The notes below the pieces were generated by a model that was given only the letters and a program-made list of their open reading frames with translations, did not search any database and was not told where the DNA came from. This document shows positions 11,235 through 24,350 of a DNA stretch of 64,000 nucleotides, one piece after another. Made by a program: the position numbers and the translations under genes. Location: NCBI GenBank assembly GCA_965178125.1, contig OZ237749.1, positions 248,001-312,000 of the forward strand. Reading direction: 5' to 3'. The number at the start of each line of letters is the position of its first letter. The first letter of the stretch is position 1. The stretch comes from Bilabrum cf. latius (Eukaryota).

Positions 11235-14200
11235 TCAATCTCCTCCCGATGCCGCTGCATCCTCCAAAATCGACACGCACACTTCATGCCCACCGGCCCT
11301 CGCCGCCTCGATAGGGGACAACCGCCTGCCATTTGCCACAGCAACACGCTGAGACATGGCCCCAGCCAGCTTGCCCAGCCGCAGTCTCCTGGCCAACTCC
11401 ATGGGCCTGCCCTCGCTCGCTGCCTGGAACACCAGCGGCACGTCATGATGTGCTCGAACCGCTCTGCGGTAACCCAACAGTACGCCGATCCTTCGCTGTC
11501 CACGCACCAGCTCGCGCACAGCTGGCGCCTTGCAGGTTCTCACGACAGCATCCGGAACGAGCCTAAGCATTGCTCTCGACGGCTCCCTCTCCATGGCCTC
11601 GTGCACCGGCTTTGCCCAGTATATATCGGGGACCATTCGCTGGTTCAGCCCTCCAGTGACGGACAAGTATCCACCCGGCAATCGTGAAAGTGCTGCCAGA
11701 GCATTGGGAAGACCTTTCAGGTACTCCCATCCGGGGTACCCCACTTCGATACGAATAGGTAGCCGCCTCCCTCGCCCCCTCTGCAGCCAGTGAGCCACAG
11801 ACTCTTCGTCGTCGGGTACTGCATCCTCTGCTGTGGGTCGTTCATACGGCGCTAGCACGCCAGGAGCCTTGCGAACCTTCGGCCCGTCTTGGATACCGAA
11901 CCAGTCCAAGAACGTCTTTGGCCTGCCAGGATCATCAGCCGGCGCTGGTTTCCTGTCGGATGAGCCCATCGCGATGTACGCAGAGAACCAGTCTTTATAG
12001 GCCCCCGGCCCGTCAGGTTCAGACGCCAAGTGCTCGACCGGCATTCCAAGCGCACCTGCTACGATTTCACACGACTGGGCACCCCCCACACCACCAGACG
12101 CCAGGTGAACTCTCTCCAATACAGGCGCGACTCGCAATAGACGCGCGAGTCCCCTGTGCATCTCAAGCTGGACGGATGGACGCAGCTTGGGTGCATCCCT
12201 CGTGCTCACGTGGATTCCTTGCGAGCCCCCCAGCACCAGCTTGAAGGACCGAAGCTGCGGCCACTCTCTCTCGCAGATGCACTCGAACAGCGCCTTGGCG
12301 TTTGTGTTGCTCCAGTCACCCCAGTTGCCTGCGTACGTGAACAGCGTCAGTTCCTTGACTTTTGACGCGTCCAGGGCAGCGATCGTCGCACAGTGCGAGA
12401 TGCATGGAAGATCCCTCGGCATCTGCCTGAGATGCAGCAGGACTTTCTCGCACTGGAGGGGCCTGATGCCCGCGCCGTCGACTGCCTCAGCGTGTTCATC
12501 CAAGCCACCCTTGATCGTTCCACTCGCCAGTGCAGCATTGATGGCCAGTGCGGCATTCAGCGCGTCTCCGATCGCGCGAAGGCTTCTTTCATCCGGAACG
12601 TCACCGCGCATGTGCACGAAGCACGAGTGCTGCCGGATCAGCCATTCGGCCACCTGTTCTCTCGAATACCCCGCGATCCCCCGAAGCAATGCGATCGGCA
12701 GCTGCGGTATGCTGTGCCCAATGGTCAGCTCCAGATCGTTCAGGTTGCGGTTGCTGAGGAACCGCAGAGCACGGACCATCGAAAGGGAAGCAGCTGCCTT
12801 CTGCTCGGGCGTATCGTCGCTGTGCCGAATCATTGGCTGGAAAGCCAGTCTCCTAAGATTCGGGTGGTGCTTGCGGATGTCGTCCATGGTCTTCTGCAAA
12901 TCAGTGGCGCTGAATGAAGAAAGTCCGGTGTCGCAGGGGATTTCAAGGCATCTGAGCTTCGATACGGCTGCGCCGTCTCCGCCTCCACTGCCAGCCGCAT
13001 GAGCTGGAGCTGGCTGTCCGTGGACCGAGTGACCGGCAGCATTACCCTTGCTGCTTCCTTTGGTAGCGTGGCGAGGTGGCGCTGGGTGCAGACACGGCAG
13101 CCCAGAGTAGCCTGCGTACTTGTTCGGAACCACCTGCAGCCATACCAGCGTGTCCTGTCTCGGCAACAAGTCCGCCTTCGGCCCCTTGGACCCTGTCAGA
13201 CGCGACTTAAAGGAAGCCGGCGCTGGCAGGGACCCAATCTTGCCGAATAGGGCTTTCCTGATGCCGGTTATGATGTTTCGCTGGTGCTCCTTGGTCTCCG
13301 CGGATGCATTGCACTGCATTGCGACCAGCCGCGGGAATAGCTCGACGGACGAGACGAGCACCTCCGTTCCACCATGGGAGCCAGGCACGTCTAGCCTCCT
13401 CACCGAGCTGAAGAGGGGTTGCACTGCCGACTGCTTGGACTTAGGTGAAGACTAGCCAGAATGTGTAGTACCCTTGGGTGGCTTGTGGGATCGAGCACGA
13501 GCACCGTGTGGCTTGCTTGGTGCTGCTCGGCCTACAGCGTCCTGGTGACGGCCGTGGGCAGTAGAGGCACCGTGAAGGTGCGGATCGGCCGCCGCTCCTT
13601 TCGCGGGCTTCTTCTTATTGGTCTCTGCAGCCACGTGGATGGCAGCCTTCATCCACTGCTCGAAATGCGTGCTGGTGATGCTCATCCTGTACTGGCAGGG
13701 GAATGATAGCCTCTCCAGACTGCCAGACCTTGCCATCGCTCCAAGAGCTGCAGCGGGCAAGGACACTGAGCCTGGCCCCAGTTTTGCGGATATTTTTTCA
13801 GAGGAGAGCAGGTGCGGATCGATGCTCAAGTGCTGAATCCTTGACGAGACTCTGGGTCCAATGGATTCGAGAACGCGACCAAAGACAGAGAAGCCCGACA
13901 CAGACAGGCGCTTCAAGTGCCGCAAATGACCAGCATGGGCCGCCCATTGCAACGATGCAATGATGCCATCCAGCTCTTGGGAGATGCTGTGTGCCTCCGG
14001 GGTGTTGGATCTCGAGTAATAGAGTCTGCTCGACTGTATGTCAATGCCGTGCGGTTGATGGCTGAGTGCCTCATGGAGCTTGCTCTTGTGTCCTTTCTTA
14101 GTTTTCAAAGCAGCCGGGAGCGGCAACTCTAGCACCAAGTTGTCCATATCAGCTGCGATGCCATAAATGAGACCAACTTGAACAAATGATAGATCGACTG

Positions 14201-14249
14201 TCGCAGGCGAACGCGTTTGGAGCATGCCACCCAGAGTGCACAAGCTCAA
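11235..14249 (-). CDS. Hypothetical ~1000-aa protein, LRR/RNI-like central region, ankyrin-like C-terminus; start uncertain
   Basis: ORFs 13452-14249 and 11235-13424 are in frame through TAG 13452; ends TGA. LxxLxL patterns (HLKRLSVSG, SLERLSFP, NLRRLAFQ, QLRSFKLV, VLERVHLA). Confidence 0.68.
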
Positions 14250-14557
14250 ACACTAAATACTATATTGCAAGATCGCATCAATTCTAACCTGCAAGTTTCT
14301 TTGCGCAGACGGAAGATCGCGCGGCATCGATACCGGAACCATCTTGAAGCAAGGCCGGCGGGTACAGTTGCCAGTGGTGAGGCCAGCAAGGTCTCTGCAA
14401 TTGAGGTCGCGCGGTCACGGTGGACGCAGGACCCGCTCTAGGCGCAGGCTCAGATACGACGTAGCGACGCGGAGCAGAGAGAGAGCGCGGTAAATGAAGC
14501 CAGGTTAGTCGGAGCCACTATAAACACAATACACAGCAACACGGTGGCAACGCAAGC

Positions 14558-17512
14558 TCAAAATAATCCCATTCTCTCTGCTGCTCGCACTCCAGACATC
14601 ATGGCTCCATGTACGGATCCCATCATCTCGGGGTCGCAGGCCTCCCCCGCGAACAGCAGCTGGGGCGGTATTGCTTGCGATGAATCAGCTGGCCCAACCT
14701 CCGGCACACGATCATGACTCGGCGCAACGCATATCCCCAGAGGTGCTGCCAGCATTTCGTTGTCAGACCACTCGCAACCTCTTGGAAGGTACGAATACGC
14801 CCCTCTCGTCCTCTCGTTGCTTGACCACGTGGTCGCAACGACCTTGGCCGGTAGCGGCACCTCCTCGAGCCCGCCCTGAAGGTAACCGGTCGCAACTGCA
14901 ATGCGCTGCAGCGAGTGCAGCGCGCGTCTGACGATTGGAGCATCTGGAGGCAGGCACACGCAGGCATCGCAGGCTTCATACTTTCCAGACCCACTATTTC
15001 CATCACCCGCCCCTGTTGCTCCCGCGCCACCAAAAGCCTTGCTGGATAGCACGGGAATCGACTGCGAGATAGCCTCCTCCTCCGCATCCACCGCATCTGC
15101 GGACACGAGCACGGCAGCGATGGTTCCATCGCTGCCCGCGCCCTTGATCCGCGCGTGGTTCTCGAAGTAGTAGAATGGAGGAGAGTGAGCGACAGAAGCT
15201 GGCTCGCCTATCAACGGCAGGGGGGCATGCTCGCCAGATGAGTCGCGGTGATGCAGCCCCTCCGGTACGACACCGGCGGAAAGGGCTGCGTCAGCGCTAG
15301 CTGCGCTATCCAATACACCAAGCAATGGTCGCTTGGCATGTGTTGCTCCCGTCCACCCTCCAACCCTGTCCATCTTGTCGAAGAGGCCTTCCGCCGCGGC
15401 GAGAAGGCCGTCCAACGCAGTGCTGTCTGCATCACCGAGACGGGAAGACTGGTCTTTGGTAGTGTCCTCTTCCTTCCCCTCATCCTTCCCTTCTTCCTTG
15501 GACTCGTCAGTGGTCCCTGCCGCTTCACTGCCTTTATCTGCATGGGAAAAAGGTGCCTTGTAATGATGCGCTGACGCGTCGAGGTCGCCCCAGAACGGGG
15601 GCGCATCGCCAGGCCACCACTGCTCCTTGAACTTTAAGACAAGCTTGAAGTACTGCCCCATCGCCAGGCGGTCGATCGCAGACGTCTTTTCCTTCGGCAA
15701 CGGCGGGTCAAAACGAATGCTTCCTGCTTGTAGCACGCCCAGAGACACAGACAAAACGCACCGCGTGCAAGTCAGTGATCCTGAACCAGAGGACACAATC
15801 ACGTGCGGCAAAGCAGCATGCACCGGCACGACAAGATCAGAAGCAGCCCCCTCTTTGTGGTCCACACCTGTTTGTATGCTATGCATCTCGTCTGACGCAA
15901 GCTCAAGCATTTTCCAAGCCTGTGTTGCCTCCTGTGCACCGCTGCTTGCTTCTTCAGGAGCTGTGCTTGGGCTGGTGACCGGAGCACCATGGTGCCGTGC
16001 ATCACCAGGGCCGGCAGTCGCCACCCTGTCAGCGTGTATTTCATGCAAAACGTTCTACACCGCTGCAATTGAGGTCACAGGCACGTTGAACACGAAGTGC
16101 ACGCAACCAACGGAACCCTCGGGGCGGGCCTAGTCCGCAGCATCAATGGTCTCGAGCAACCGCTGCACGTAGTAGGACATGCCGGCGCTTGGGACCCTGG
16201 GAAGAATATCTTTGGCACAAACGACAGGCTGTCCCATGATAGTTGTGGATTCAGGCACATCAGGCCCCAGGAGTGCTGCCTTGCTGGCACGGGGTTTGCC
16301 GGTGCCAGCTGAGGCAGCAGCTACGTGCTGACCAGCGACCGAGCCTGGGATACTGGTGTGCCCTGCCCCTGCCCCTGCCCCTGCCCCTAGGCCGCCATCG
16401 TCCTCTTCACCTCCCTTCGTCTTACCATCACCAGACATGCTTTTCAATGGAGCAGCATCGCCGATACACACGCAGTGCGATCCGCCGAAGTCGCCCCAAA
16501 ACCCATCCGTATTGGCGAACTCAGCGGCGGCGAGCTGCCCAAGCCCCGCGCCCATCCACGCCTCCGCTTGCCTAAGCATCCACAAGGCAGCCCACATGGA
16601 TTGCACGCGGTACGCAAGGGGCTCCACCCGAGCAAACTCATCGATGGTATGCTGCCAGTCAGGTGGGGGCAGACCGAGCGCAGTAGATCTGTGCAACGGT
16701 GGCAGCTCATCTGGCGACTTCCTCCCCGATGCAGATGCAGCCTCTGGCAAGCAGTGGCTAGAACCAGCCCCTGTTGCTCTGCTCGCTCTGCCTTTCCCAT
16801 CGACTGCAGCTGCAAACTCGGAGACGCTGCGATGCTCCGGAAAGATTCGCGTGAGCAGCCGACGGAACGCCAGGCGGAACACGACAGAGGCAGGCAGCGA
16901 CGTATTGCGGGGCTCCAATGTGGCCTCGTCAAAATCTACGCGGATTTCTACTTCCTATCGAGTCGCTGCATACAACGCGTGTACGGTTTGCTCGGCCATT
17001 TGGAGCACACGAGCGGGCAACCGGGCCGGGGTGATAGTTACTCCGTGGACGGCTTGCATGGATGCCGGACGGAACTGCATCCATGGATTGACGGATGTTA
17101 CGGCTCGCAGAGGGACAGGCCGTATGCCCAATAGCATTCGAATGGTACTGACTAGCCTCGATTCCTCTTCCGAAGCGTATCGCTCCGCCTGAGCGGCCGT
17201 AGCCTCTTCAGCTGCCCTCGCATCTTCAGTGAATCCAACTATATCTTGCCCACCACAGTTTGTCACAAGCGGGCTTCCTTGCGTGCCATGAACCCATGCA
17301 GCCCCGATATCAAATGGCTTCGATTTGGAAGATGCAGCGTCGAATCGATTCAGGGATACTGCGTTTTGGACGCCGGCCACACGTCCGCCCGGTCTCCCAC
17401 TGGCTTCCAGAATACATATACGGAGGGAGCTTTTAGCAGAAATCAACCTTGCTACGCAAGCAAGTGATGATATCCCACATCCTACTACGGCCACATCGTA
17501 CATTGATTGCAT
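14558..17512 (-). CDS. Flavin-containing amine oxidase (polyamine oxidase/MAO family)
   Basis: Three in-frame ORFs joined by TAG. N-terminal FAD motif YDVAVVGCGISSL...ILEASGRPGGRV and DIGAAWVHG; C-terminal WSSNERTRGAYSY and LLFAGEA...GSVHGAMMSGVRAA. Confidence 0.9.
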
Positions 17513-17798
17513 AGCAGGGAAAAACAATGGCTCAATCTCGCAGTTTCACTTGAGCAATCATCACAGCTTGTTGCTCGCTGCAAAGATGCCGTCATAGTGC
17601 ACATATGAACACATCAGCGGCTTTGGCTTCGCTAAGGCTATTCATTTCTAAAGGAATTGACCCAAGAGGCGTAAGAGCACTGGAAATTCGTGCCAGGCTT
17701 ATTTATATTTCGAACCAGTAGATTGCCGCTGTGAAAAATGATGCATGCACCACGTACCGCAGACGGAAATCTGGAAAACTCTTGACTCTAAGTAGAAG

Positions 17799-19076
17799 AT
17801 GGATGTATTGAAGAGGTTGCAAAATGAGACCGCTGGATCAGACCAGCAGGCGTCCGAGCACGACGCAGTGGAGTTCATGCGTCGCAGTCGTGCAAGACTG
17901 GAGGCTGCAAGAAAGCTGCTTCAAGGTTTTAAGGCTGGTAATGACCTTATCACTGACACGCAATCTCGCAAGTAGGATGTGATGGTTGCGTTACTGAAGC
18001 GGGCAGGGCAGACCAGCCGACTAGGAGGCAAGCGCAGCAGGTCGCATGCTGAGCTTGATACCCCGTTCGAGCAGTCAACAATCGAACCCGTTCTGCCTGC
18101 AAAGTATCCAATAGACCTGGAATTTCTCCAATGTACCTATGCATCGTGCGGACACGAAACTGGGAGACGTCTCCGTTCGCAAGCACTGGGATGGCTGGAG
18201 CTCGCCCCTCTGCTGCCCGAGCGCCTCGTGCTCGGCTTGAGCAGGCTGGTGGCAGCGATGATGTACGCATTCGGAGACAGCGCTAGACCAAATGACCAGG
18301 TAGTGTGCGCGCTGGTGATCGATTCGGTGCGCTGGGTGCGCGTGATTCTGGCTGGACTATCGGCCGTCATGAGAGAGTAGGCGAGCACGCGAGCACTTGC
18401 TCGAGGCAGCAAGGCAGCAGGCCACGCCGCATCGAACCGCATGATCCAGTGCTACCACCACTTGCGATTGCATGGAAAGCAGTCAGCTGCACCCTTAACC
18501 GCAGGCGCCAAAAAGCCCCGCACGTAGTGTCTCAGTCGAGGGTCCGCGGGGCTGCAGCCGATGCAGCGTGGCCCTGAGCAAGCAACTGAAGCCAGGGAAT
18601 CGGGAACGTCAAGCGAACCGAACGTTGAAGGTGCACATAGCGGTACTAACTCCTTGAAAGCGTTTGAAACCGTCCCGGTGTGGACCGGACTAACGCTGGA
18701 AGACGTCAAGCAGCTGCTGCCTAGGCATGCACACTATTACGCAAGGTGGCAGCGCATGTCGAAGAAGGCCGGGGCGGGTAGGGCGTACGAAGGCGTTGTA
18801 AAGTCGCCGGGGGATAGTGGTAGCGATAATGACGGAGATGGCAGATATAGTGAATCCGACCTGGACGAAGAGGGTGACGAAGTTGACGACGGGGATGCAT
18901 CCAAGGACGATGACGAGGAAGAGGACGAGGAAGAGGACGAGGACGAGGACGAGGATCTCGAGTACTGGACCTCGGGTGGTCGCACGAGCTCTGGTCGGAC
19001 TATACCCCTATCGTCCCTTCTCCCAGCCACAGCTGCGTCCACGGCTGGATCCAGGACAGCAGCGGCCACGAGCGGT

Positions 19077-19138
<62 letters not shown>

Positions 19139-20303
19139 CGCTTCCGACGCCGATATCACCGCCAGTTCCGGGGCAGGTATGGGCGGATTCCTAGCTGGAG
19201 AAACCGCAGGGGGCGCAGAACCTGGCACGCATAGGGCTGTTCGTGGTGCGGGTGAGGGTGCAAGGAACATAGGAAACTCCAAAGAGATAGAGTAGCCGCT
19301 GCTGAGCGCCTGCGAGGCCGCGTCGCTGCGAATCGCCGACAGCTAGCGGCTCTCGTTCGAGAAGCGGATCCGATTCGCCAGCGAACGTTCGCTTCGATTC
19401 ACCACGATGCAGTACGCTCGGTACCTCGCCTGCAGGGAAGTCTCCTTTACTCGGCTCAAGCTAGTCCGGGACGCCTTTTTCGAGGCGGTGCTTGGATCCA
19501 TGCAAGCCCCAGTGCCGTTGCCAGCGCATGATCGAGGCACCAACAGCGCTCTAGCAGCTGTAAGCGGCGGGGTTAAGGGATCTTCAGTGGCTGCTACCAC
19601 TTCCGGTGACAAACGAGTCAGTCTGGAGGAGCCGTCGGATAGCACCCCGAGGTCTTGGCAACCCACCGGTGGATTGGCCAGGATCCTGGGGTACTTTGCA
19701 TTCGATCGGATCGGGGTGGTCGTCGAGACTGCGATAAGGGTTGCAGGGGGTAGCGATTCTCCCATGCTGGTGGAAAGACCGGCTGCGGATGGCTCTTGTC
19801 GTGACGGAGCAGCAGCAGCTGCGTCGAGCGGTATTGGCACAGCTGCGGCCGCGAGCGGACCGGGCCTCGTGGCACCGGAGCAGACCAAATTGGTTCCGCT
19901 GGGCGCCGCGCACTACGCTCGCGCCCTCGCGATTCTGCCGGGTGTTCCGACGGAGCTGATCATCGCACTGCAGCGCGAGCGCTCGCAGGCCGAGCGAGCT
20001 AGGCAGGACCAGCGGGCGCAAGACGCTGCCAGGTCCAGAAGGGATCGAGCGAGGGCGGCCGTGGATCTTGCCATGGCCAAGCAGCAGGGAAAGAGAGGTC
20101 TTAAGGCTCCAGCTGCAGCTAAGCAAGCACCAGTGCAGGGCAGCTCCTCTGCCTCCAGGCAGCGGCAGGTGCCACAGGTGCCGGCGCGCAGTGCGGCTCG
20201 TGGGCGAGCAAGGGGCAGCGGTAGGGGCGGTGGACGGGCCAGGGGTGGTGGACGAGGCGCATCAAGGTCAAGGCGCCGCGCGACTGACAAGAGACGAAGG
20301 TGA
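17799..20303 (+). CDS. SPT3: Spt3/SUPT3H-like SAGA histone-fold subunit with long low-complexity insertions
   Basis: One frame from ATG 17799 to TGA 20301-20303 via TAGs. Motifs AMMYAFGD, LTLEDVKQLL, RIRFASERSLRFTTMQYARYLACREVSFT and ILGYFAFDRIGVVVETAIRV correspond to the Spt3 conserved blocks. Confidence 0.8.
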
Positions 20304-20456
20304 AGCGCTTGCAACTCGCGACCTGCCTGAAATCTGAAATCTGAAATCTGATTTAGGGTCAAGCATAACCGAACAATGGGTGCTGCACCACTCATCCGTG
20401 GAGGTGTGATCAGTGCTCTCTCGCAGCCTCAACGATTTGGTCAATCCAGGAGAACC

Positions 20457-22285
20457 ATGCAGGCAACCAGAGCTTTTTCGCGACAATTATGTCGAACGAT
20501 CGCACGTCCATGGCTTGGGCCCCGAAGAGCCTGCCTGGCGGGACAAGAGGTGCAGCTGCACTGGTGTCCCAATCGACTGTCATCGTCGCGCAGCCAGCCG
20601 AAGCACACCAAAGTAAGACATGGTTATTGTTACACCGGAAGTTGAATATCGGACTACAAATTATCGTACTCTATGGTTTCTGGGCCTGTGCAGGGAATGA
20701 GGTACAGACTAAGTAGTGCTCAAGCATACTCGGCGTTTGAGACATGGTGCGCTGAGAATACTCCCTTCTTTTCACTACCAGACAATATGTGAGATTTGTC
20801 TCGAAACATACGTGGTATTTCTGGCTTTTTGAGCCCCATTGTCACTCTCGAAGCTGATTCAGCTGGCTCCCTCACCGTAGTCGGGTTCGGTCTGCGCTGC
20901 TGCCGTTTTGGTGCTTTGAGGCTGACATAACGACAACCATAGGCAGTAACACCTGGATGTAGTATCTTAATGGGCCAATGATGATGGTAAGCACGGGGCA
21001 GTGGTTACCGAATGCGCTTGCTTCTTGGAGTCCGCATTCGCTGCCTTTCTCATGCGCACTTGCTCGCTCACTCTCGAACTACTCCCCCCAGGTATACGCC
21101 GGCCACACGTATCGCCGTGCGTACGCTGGAGTCTGCAAGAATCCGCTGGACAGCGCAGTGCCTTTCAACCCGTCCCACCACCTGTAGCTTCCGCCGTCCG
21201 AGGGGCAGCCCCACAGGGCACCCCAAGAGGTCGATTTCGTGGACCCTTTTGAGGTGTTCGAAACCACGGCATTGTAGCTGGTCCAGCACCAGGTGCTGCA
21301 GCACGAGATAGATCTGAGAAAAGAGGAGTTTCCCAACAGTCAAATCCACGTGTCGCTGAGTAACGTCAGCTCGCATCGAGTACTAATGCCGGCATACGTA
21401 TTCTCGTACACGTTCGCCGGGCAGGACTTCCGCGTGTTTATTAACGGCCGCACGGGAGAGGGCTTCGGGGCACAGCAGGCCTCTATGGCAAGCATGGCAT
21501 TTCGCAGCGTGCGGGGATTCTTTGGCGACCCGGAGTCGTCGGGGCTTGCCTCGTTGTTGCAGACCCTCAGCAACCCGATGCGATCGCCTTGGCTGGTCAC
21601 GACTGCTCTCGGCATGGTTAGGCCGCTCGTGGAACTGGGCCTCAGGCTGGTGATGAATATTCCCTTTGTTTTGCTCGTCAGTCTGGGCGGGGTCGCCGGC
21701 GAGTTGTTCCTCAGGTTCTCGTTCAGGAGGCAAGAGGCGAGGTCGAGGGCCGAGTGGCAGGAGATCTTGAGGGAGGAGCGAGCCGCGCAGGCGGTGATGA
21801 ATGACGAGTGGAGGTTCAGGCCCATGGGGACGAGCGAGCGCGACAGGGAACACGCGAGGAGGGGTGAGCGGCGCAGGGGACCCGGAGCTGGAAACGACGC
21901 TGGCTCGTCGTCTTCGTAGTCGTCGTCATCCTCCTCGAACCGATACGCGTCGTACGAGAGGCGCGACGAGAGCGCATATAGGGAGCAAGCATCTGGGGGC
22001 TACGGTGGTGCAGAAGGCGCCAGCAAGCAGCTGAAGCGGCCGAGCCCCGTCGACGCGAGAAATCCATACGACGTGCTAGGTATCGGGCAACTTGGCAGGC
22101 GGGCCGACAAAGCGAAGATATCGGAGGCGTTCAGACTGCAGCTGATGAAGCACCACCCGGATCACAATAGGGGCAAGGACGTGGATCATGACGCGTACAC
22201 AGAGAGGACCAGGCTTATCATCGAGGCGTACAAGCGGCTGAGAGACCCGAGCAAAAGGCGCGACGTGGATGCAATGTACGGGTGA
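20457..22285 (+). CDS. DnaJ (J-domain at C-terminus) membrane protein, intron-containing; 5' exon structure approximate
   Basis: PYDVLG...KHHPDHN...IIEAYKRLRDPSKRR is a J-domain with HPD, in frame via TAGs with ORFs 21293 and 20978. Candidate introns GTAAGA 20612-CAG 20693 and GTAAGC 20987-CAG 21091. Confidence 0.75.
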
Positions 22286-22467
22286 GGAGTGGGAAAGAAG
22301 CCTCAGCAATGAGTCCGAATGAAGCCGCTTCACGAGTAGGCTGGTGGATAAGCTCAAGTGCTGCTGTCCAGGGCGAGGCTTTGCCACGGGCAGCGAGACG
22401 GAGGGCAGGCTGCCGGTTGCAACTGCTCGAGAACGCCAGAGCGGCAACACACGATAATTTTGGGATA

Positions 22468-23007
22468 ATGGGGCAGCTTCTCGGTATGGCGCAGGCCGAA
22501 GATGCTGACAGCTAGCATCGGCCATACATTTTGATTATTGGCCTCGATGGAGCCGGCAAAACAACGATTCTGTACAGATGGAAATTGCAATCATTTATCA
22601 AGACAGTCCCAACGCTCGAATTCAACATGGAAGATTTAGAGCACAAAGGCTCTCGCTTCATTGGGATGGACTTGGGTGGTGGAGAGGATTACCGCGGAAG
22701 AGCGTGGCGGTAGCACTACAAACGAGCCGATGCCTTGGTTTTCGTCGTTGACAGCACGGATGTCGCTAGACTTGATTTAGCTTCCACAGAATTACAAAAG
22801 TACATGGAAGCAACAACAGGCGTTGCAGCGCCGTGTCTGGTGCTTGCAAACAAGCAGGATGACCCCAAAGCTAGCAGCGCAGAAGATGTCTCGAAAGCGC
22901 TTCGCATCGACGATTACGCGGATCGCAAACTCCTTGTGTAGGGATGCTGCGGCACATCGGGCGACGGAGCCAGCGATGGATTAGACTGGCTGGTAAGCCA
23001 GTTGTAA
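22468..23007 (+). CDS. Arf/Arl-family small GTPase (179 aa), divergent
   Basis: MG start, GLDGAGKTT (G1), DLGG (G3), LANKQD (G4), V*GCCGTSGDG..DGLDWL (G5, cf. Arf IQATCATSGDGLYEGLDWL). TAGs at 22513, 22711 and 22939; ends TAA. Confidence 0.92.
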
Positions 23008-23441
23008 AAGACCATGGTCCGACGGCCTGGGGACCGTTCAGGCCGGTGCAGATCAACGAGAGAGACCGTGCAGTGGACGGCGGCCTAGCCAGAGCAGACG
23101 ATGGTCCCCAGACAGCTGAGAATCTGCTGCACAGCAAGCAAGCCCGAGGTCCGGTAGTGGGTGCCCAGGTGCTAGATGCTATTCCTATGTGGTTCCTGCC
23201 ATGTGGCCGTGCGCCATGGTTTCCCTCACTCCCAAACGACTCGATTCGATGGACGAAATCTGTTTCCTTCGCTATTGGTGCAAACATGCGGTTGACGTGG
23301 CTGGGTTTCGTCGAGGTGCGGAAACATTGTGGCGTGCTAGGCACCAGACAGCTAGTCGCCTTCGAGACTTCCGGGCCAAGTGCAGGCTGACCTGACCAAA
23401 TAGCAAGTAGAATAATAGCACGCAATTCACATAGTGACAAT

Positions 23442-24160
23442 CAGACAACCGGATCGGAGGAGAAGACAAGTGGTGTCCAGGGACCGTGAGGACGCAGAAA
23501 GGGGCGGTGCGCAGGGGCGTGCGGGTCGTACCCTTTGTGGTGGACGTGTTGGGGGGGATCGGGGAGAAGTCGGTCGAGTTCCTGCAGGTGCTCGACAAGT
23601 TGCCGAAGAAGAGGTAGGAGGACAAAGGGTGGCGGGTTTCGACTCGTCCGGCCAACGCGCGTCTCCCGTGGTCTTCTGTGGCAAAGGCTCGCCTCTCCGT
23701 CGCCGCCTAGCACCAGCACATGCGTGGGGAACAGCGTGTGTACCACACTATGTACTCACGGGTCATGCAGGACCACTCAAGGATCCTCGATTTTGTCTCG
23801 AAGGGATCGAGGAGGGCTGCAGCGAAGGCCAAACGGGCGCTCGAACGGGCGGTCCGGGAGGACTGTGCCAGCCTGGCTGTAGGGGCAGCCGAAAACAACA
23901 ACCTCGCCGTGGCGATCGCCAACGTCAAGGCAGGGTTGGCTCAGAACGGGCAGCAGGACGGGGTGCCGGCAACGGGCGCCGGAGGGAACGTGAATGCTCA
24001 CGCTCCCCAGGGGGAAATGGATCCTCAGGGTGGAGCTTAGGTGGTTTAGGCCATTGCAGCTGAAGCGTGAAGTCTGGTAGGTCCCGCGCCCTCGTTCCAG
24101 ATGTTTCTTCGTGATAGCGTGCGCTTTTGAGTTGAGTCCACAAAATATCAGACCCCCCCC
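23442..24160 (+). mobile_element. 5'-truncated RLE-type (CRE-like) non-LTR retrotransposon copy with oligo(C) tail
   Basis: Absent from the paralogous empty site (GTGACAATACGGAG at ~43090); short CAAT duplication. Encodes VVPFVVDVLGGIGEKSVEFL...RLSVAA*H (RLE C-terminal motif) ending TGA 24068-24070, followed by a 3' UTR and C8. Confidence 0.8.
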
Positions 24161-24350
24161 AATACGGAGCATGTAGCAGAAATAACTTGAAGCCCATTAA
24201 CAGGAATCCCACCAGTGGAGTCTGATGGACTGTATGCACCATGACCTGAAGAGGCTCCGCCGCAGCAGCACCGTATTGTGTGCAAGTGTGGTGCCGCACC
24301 ACCTAGTGCCACGCAGTGTTTGAAGTGCGACCATCTCAACAGGACTGAAG

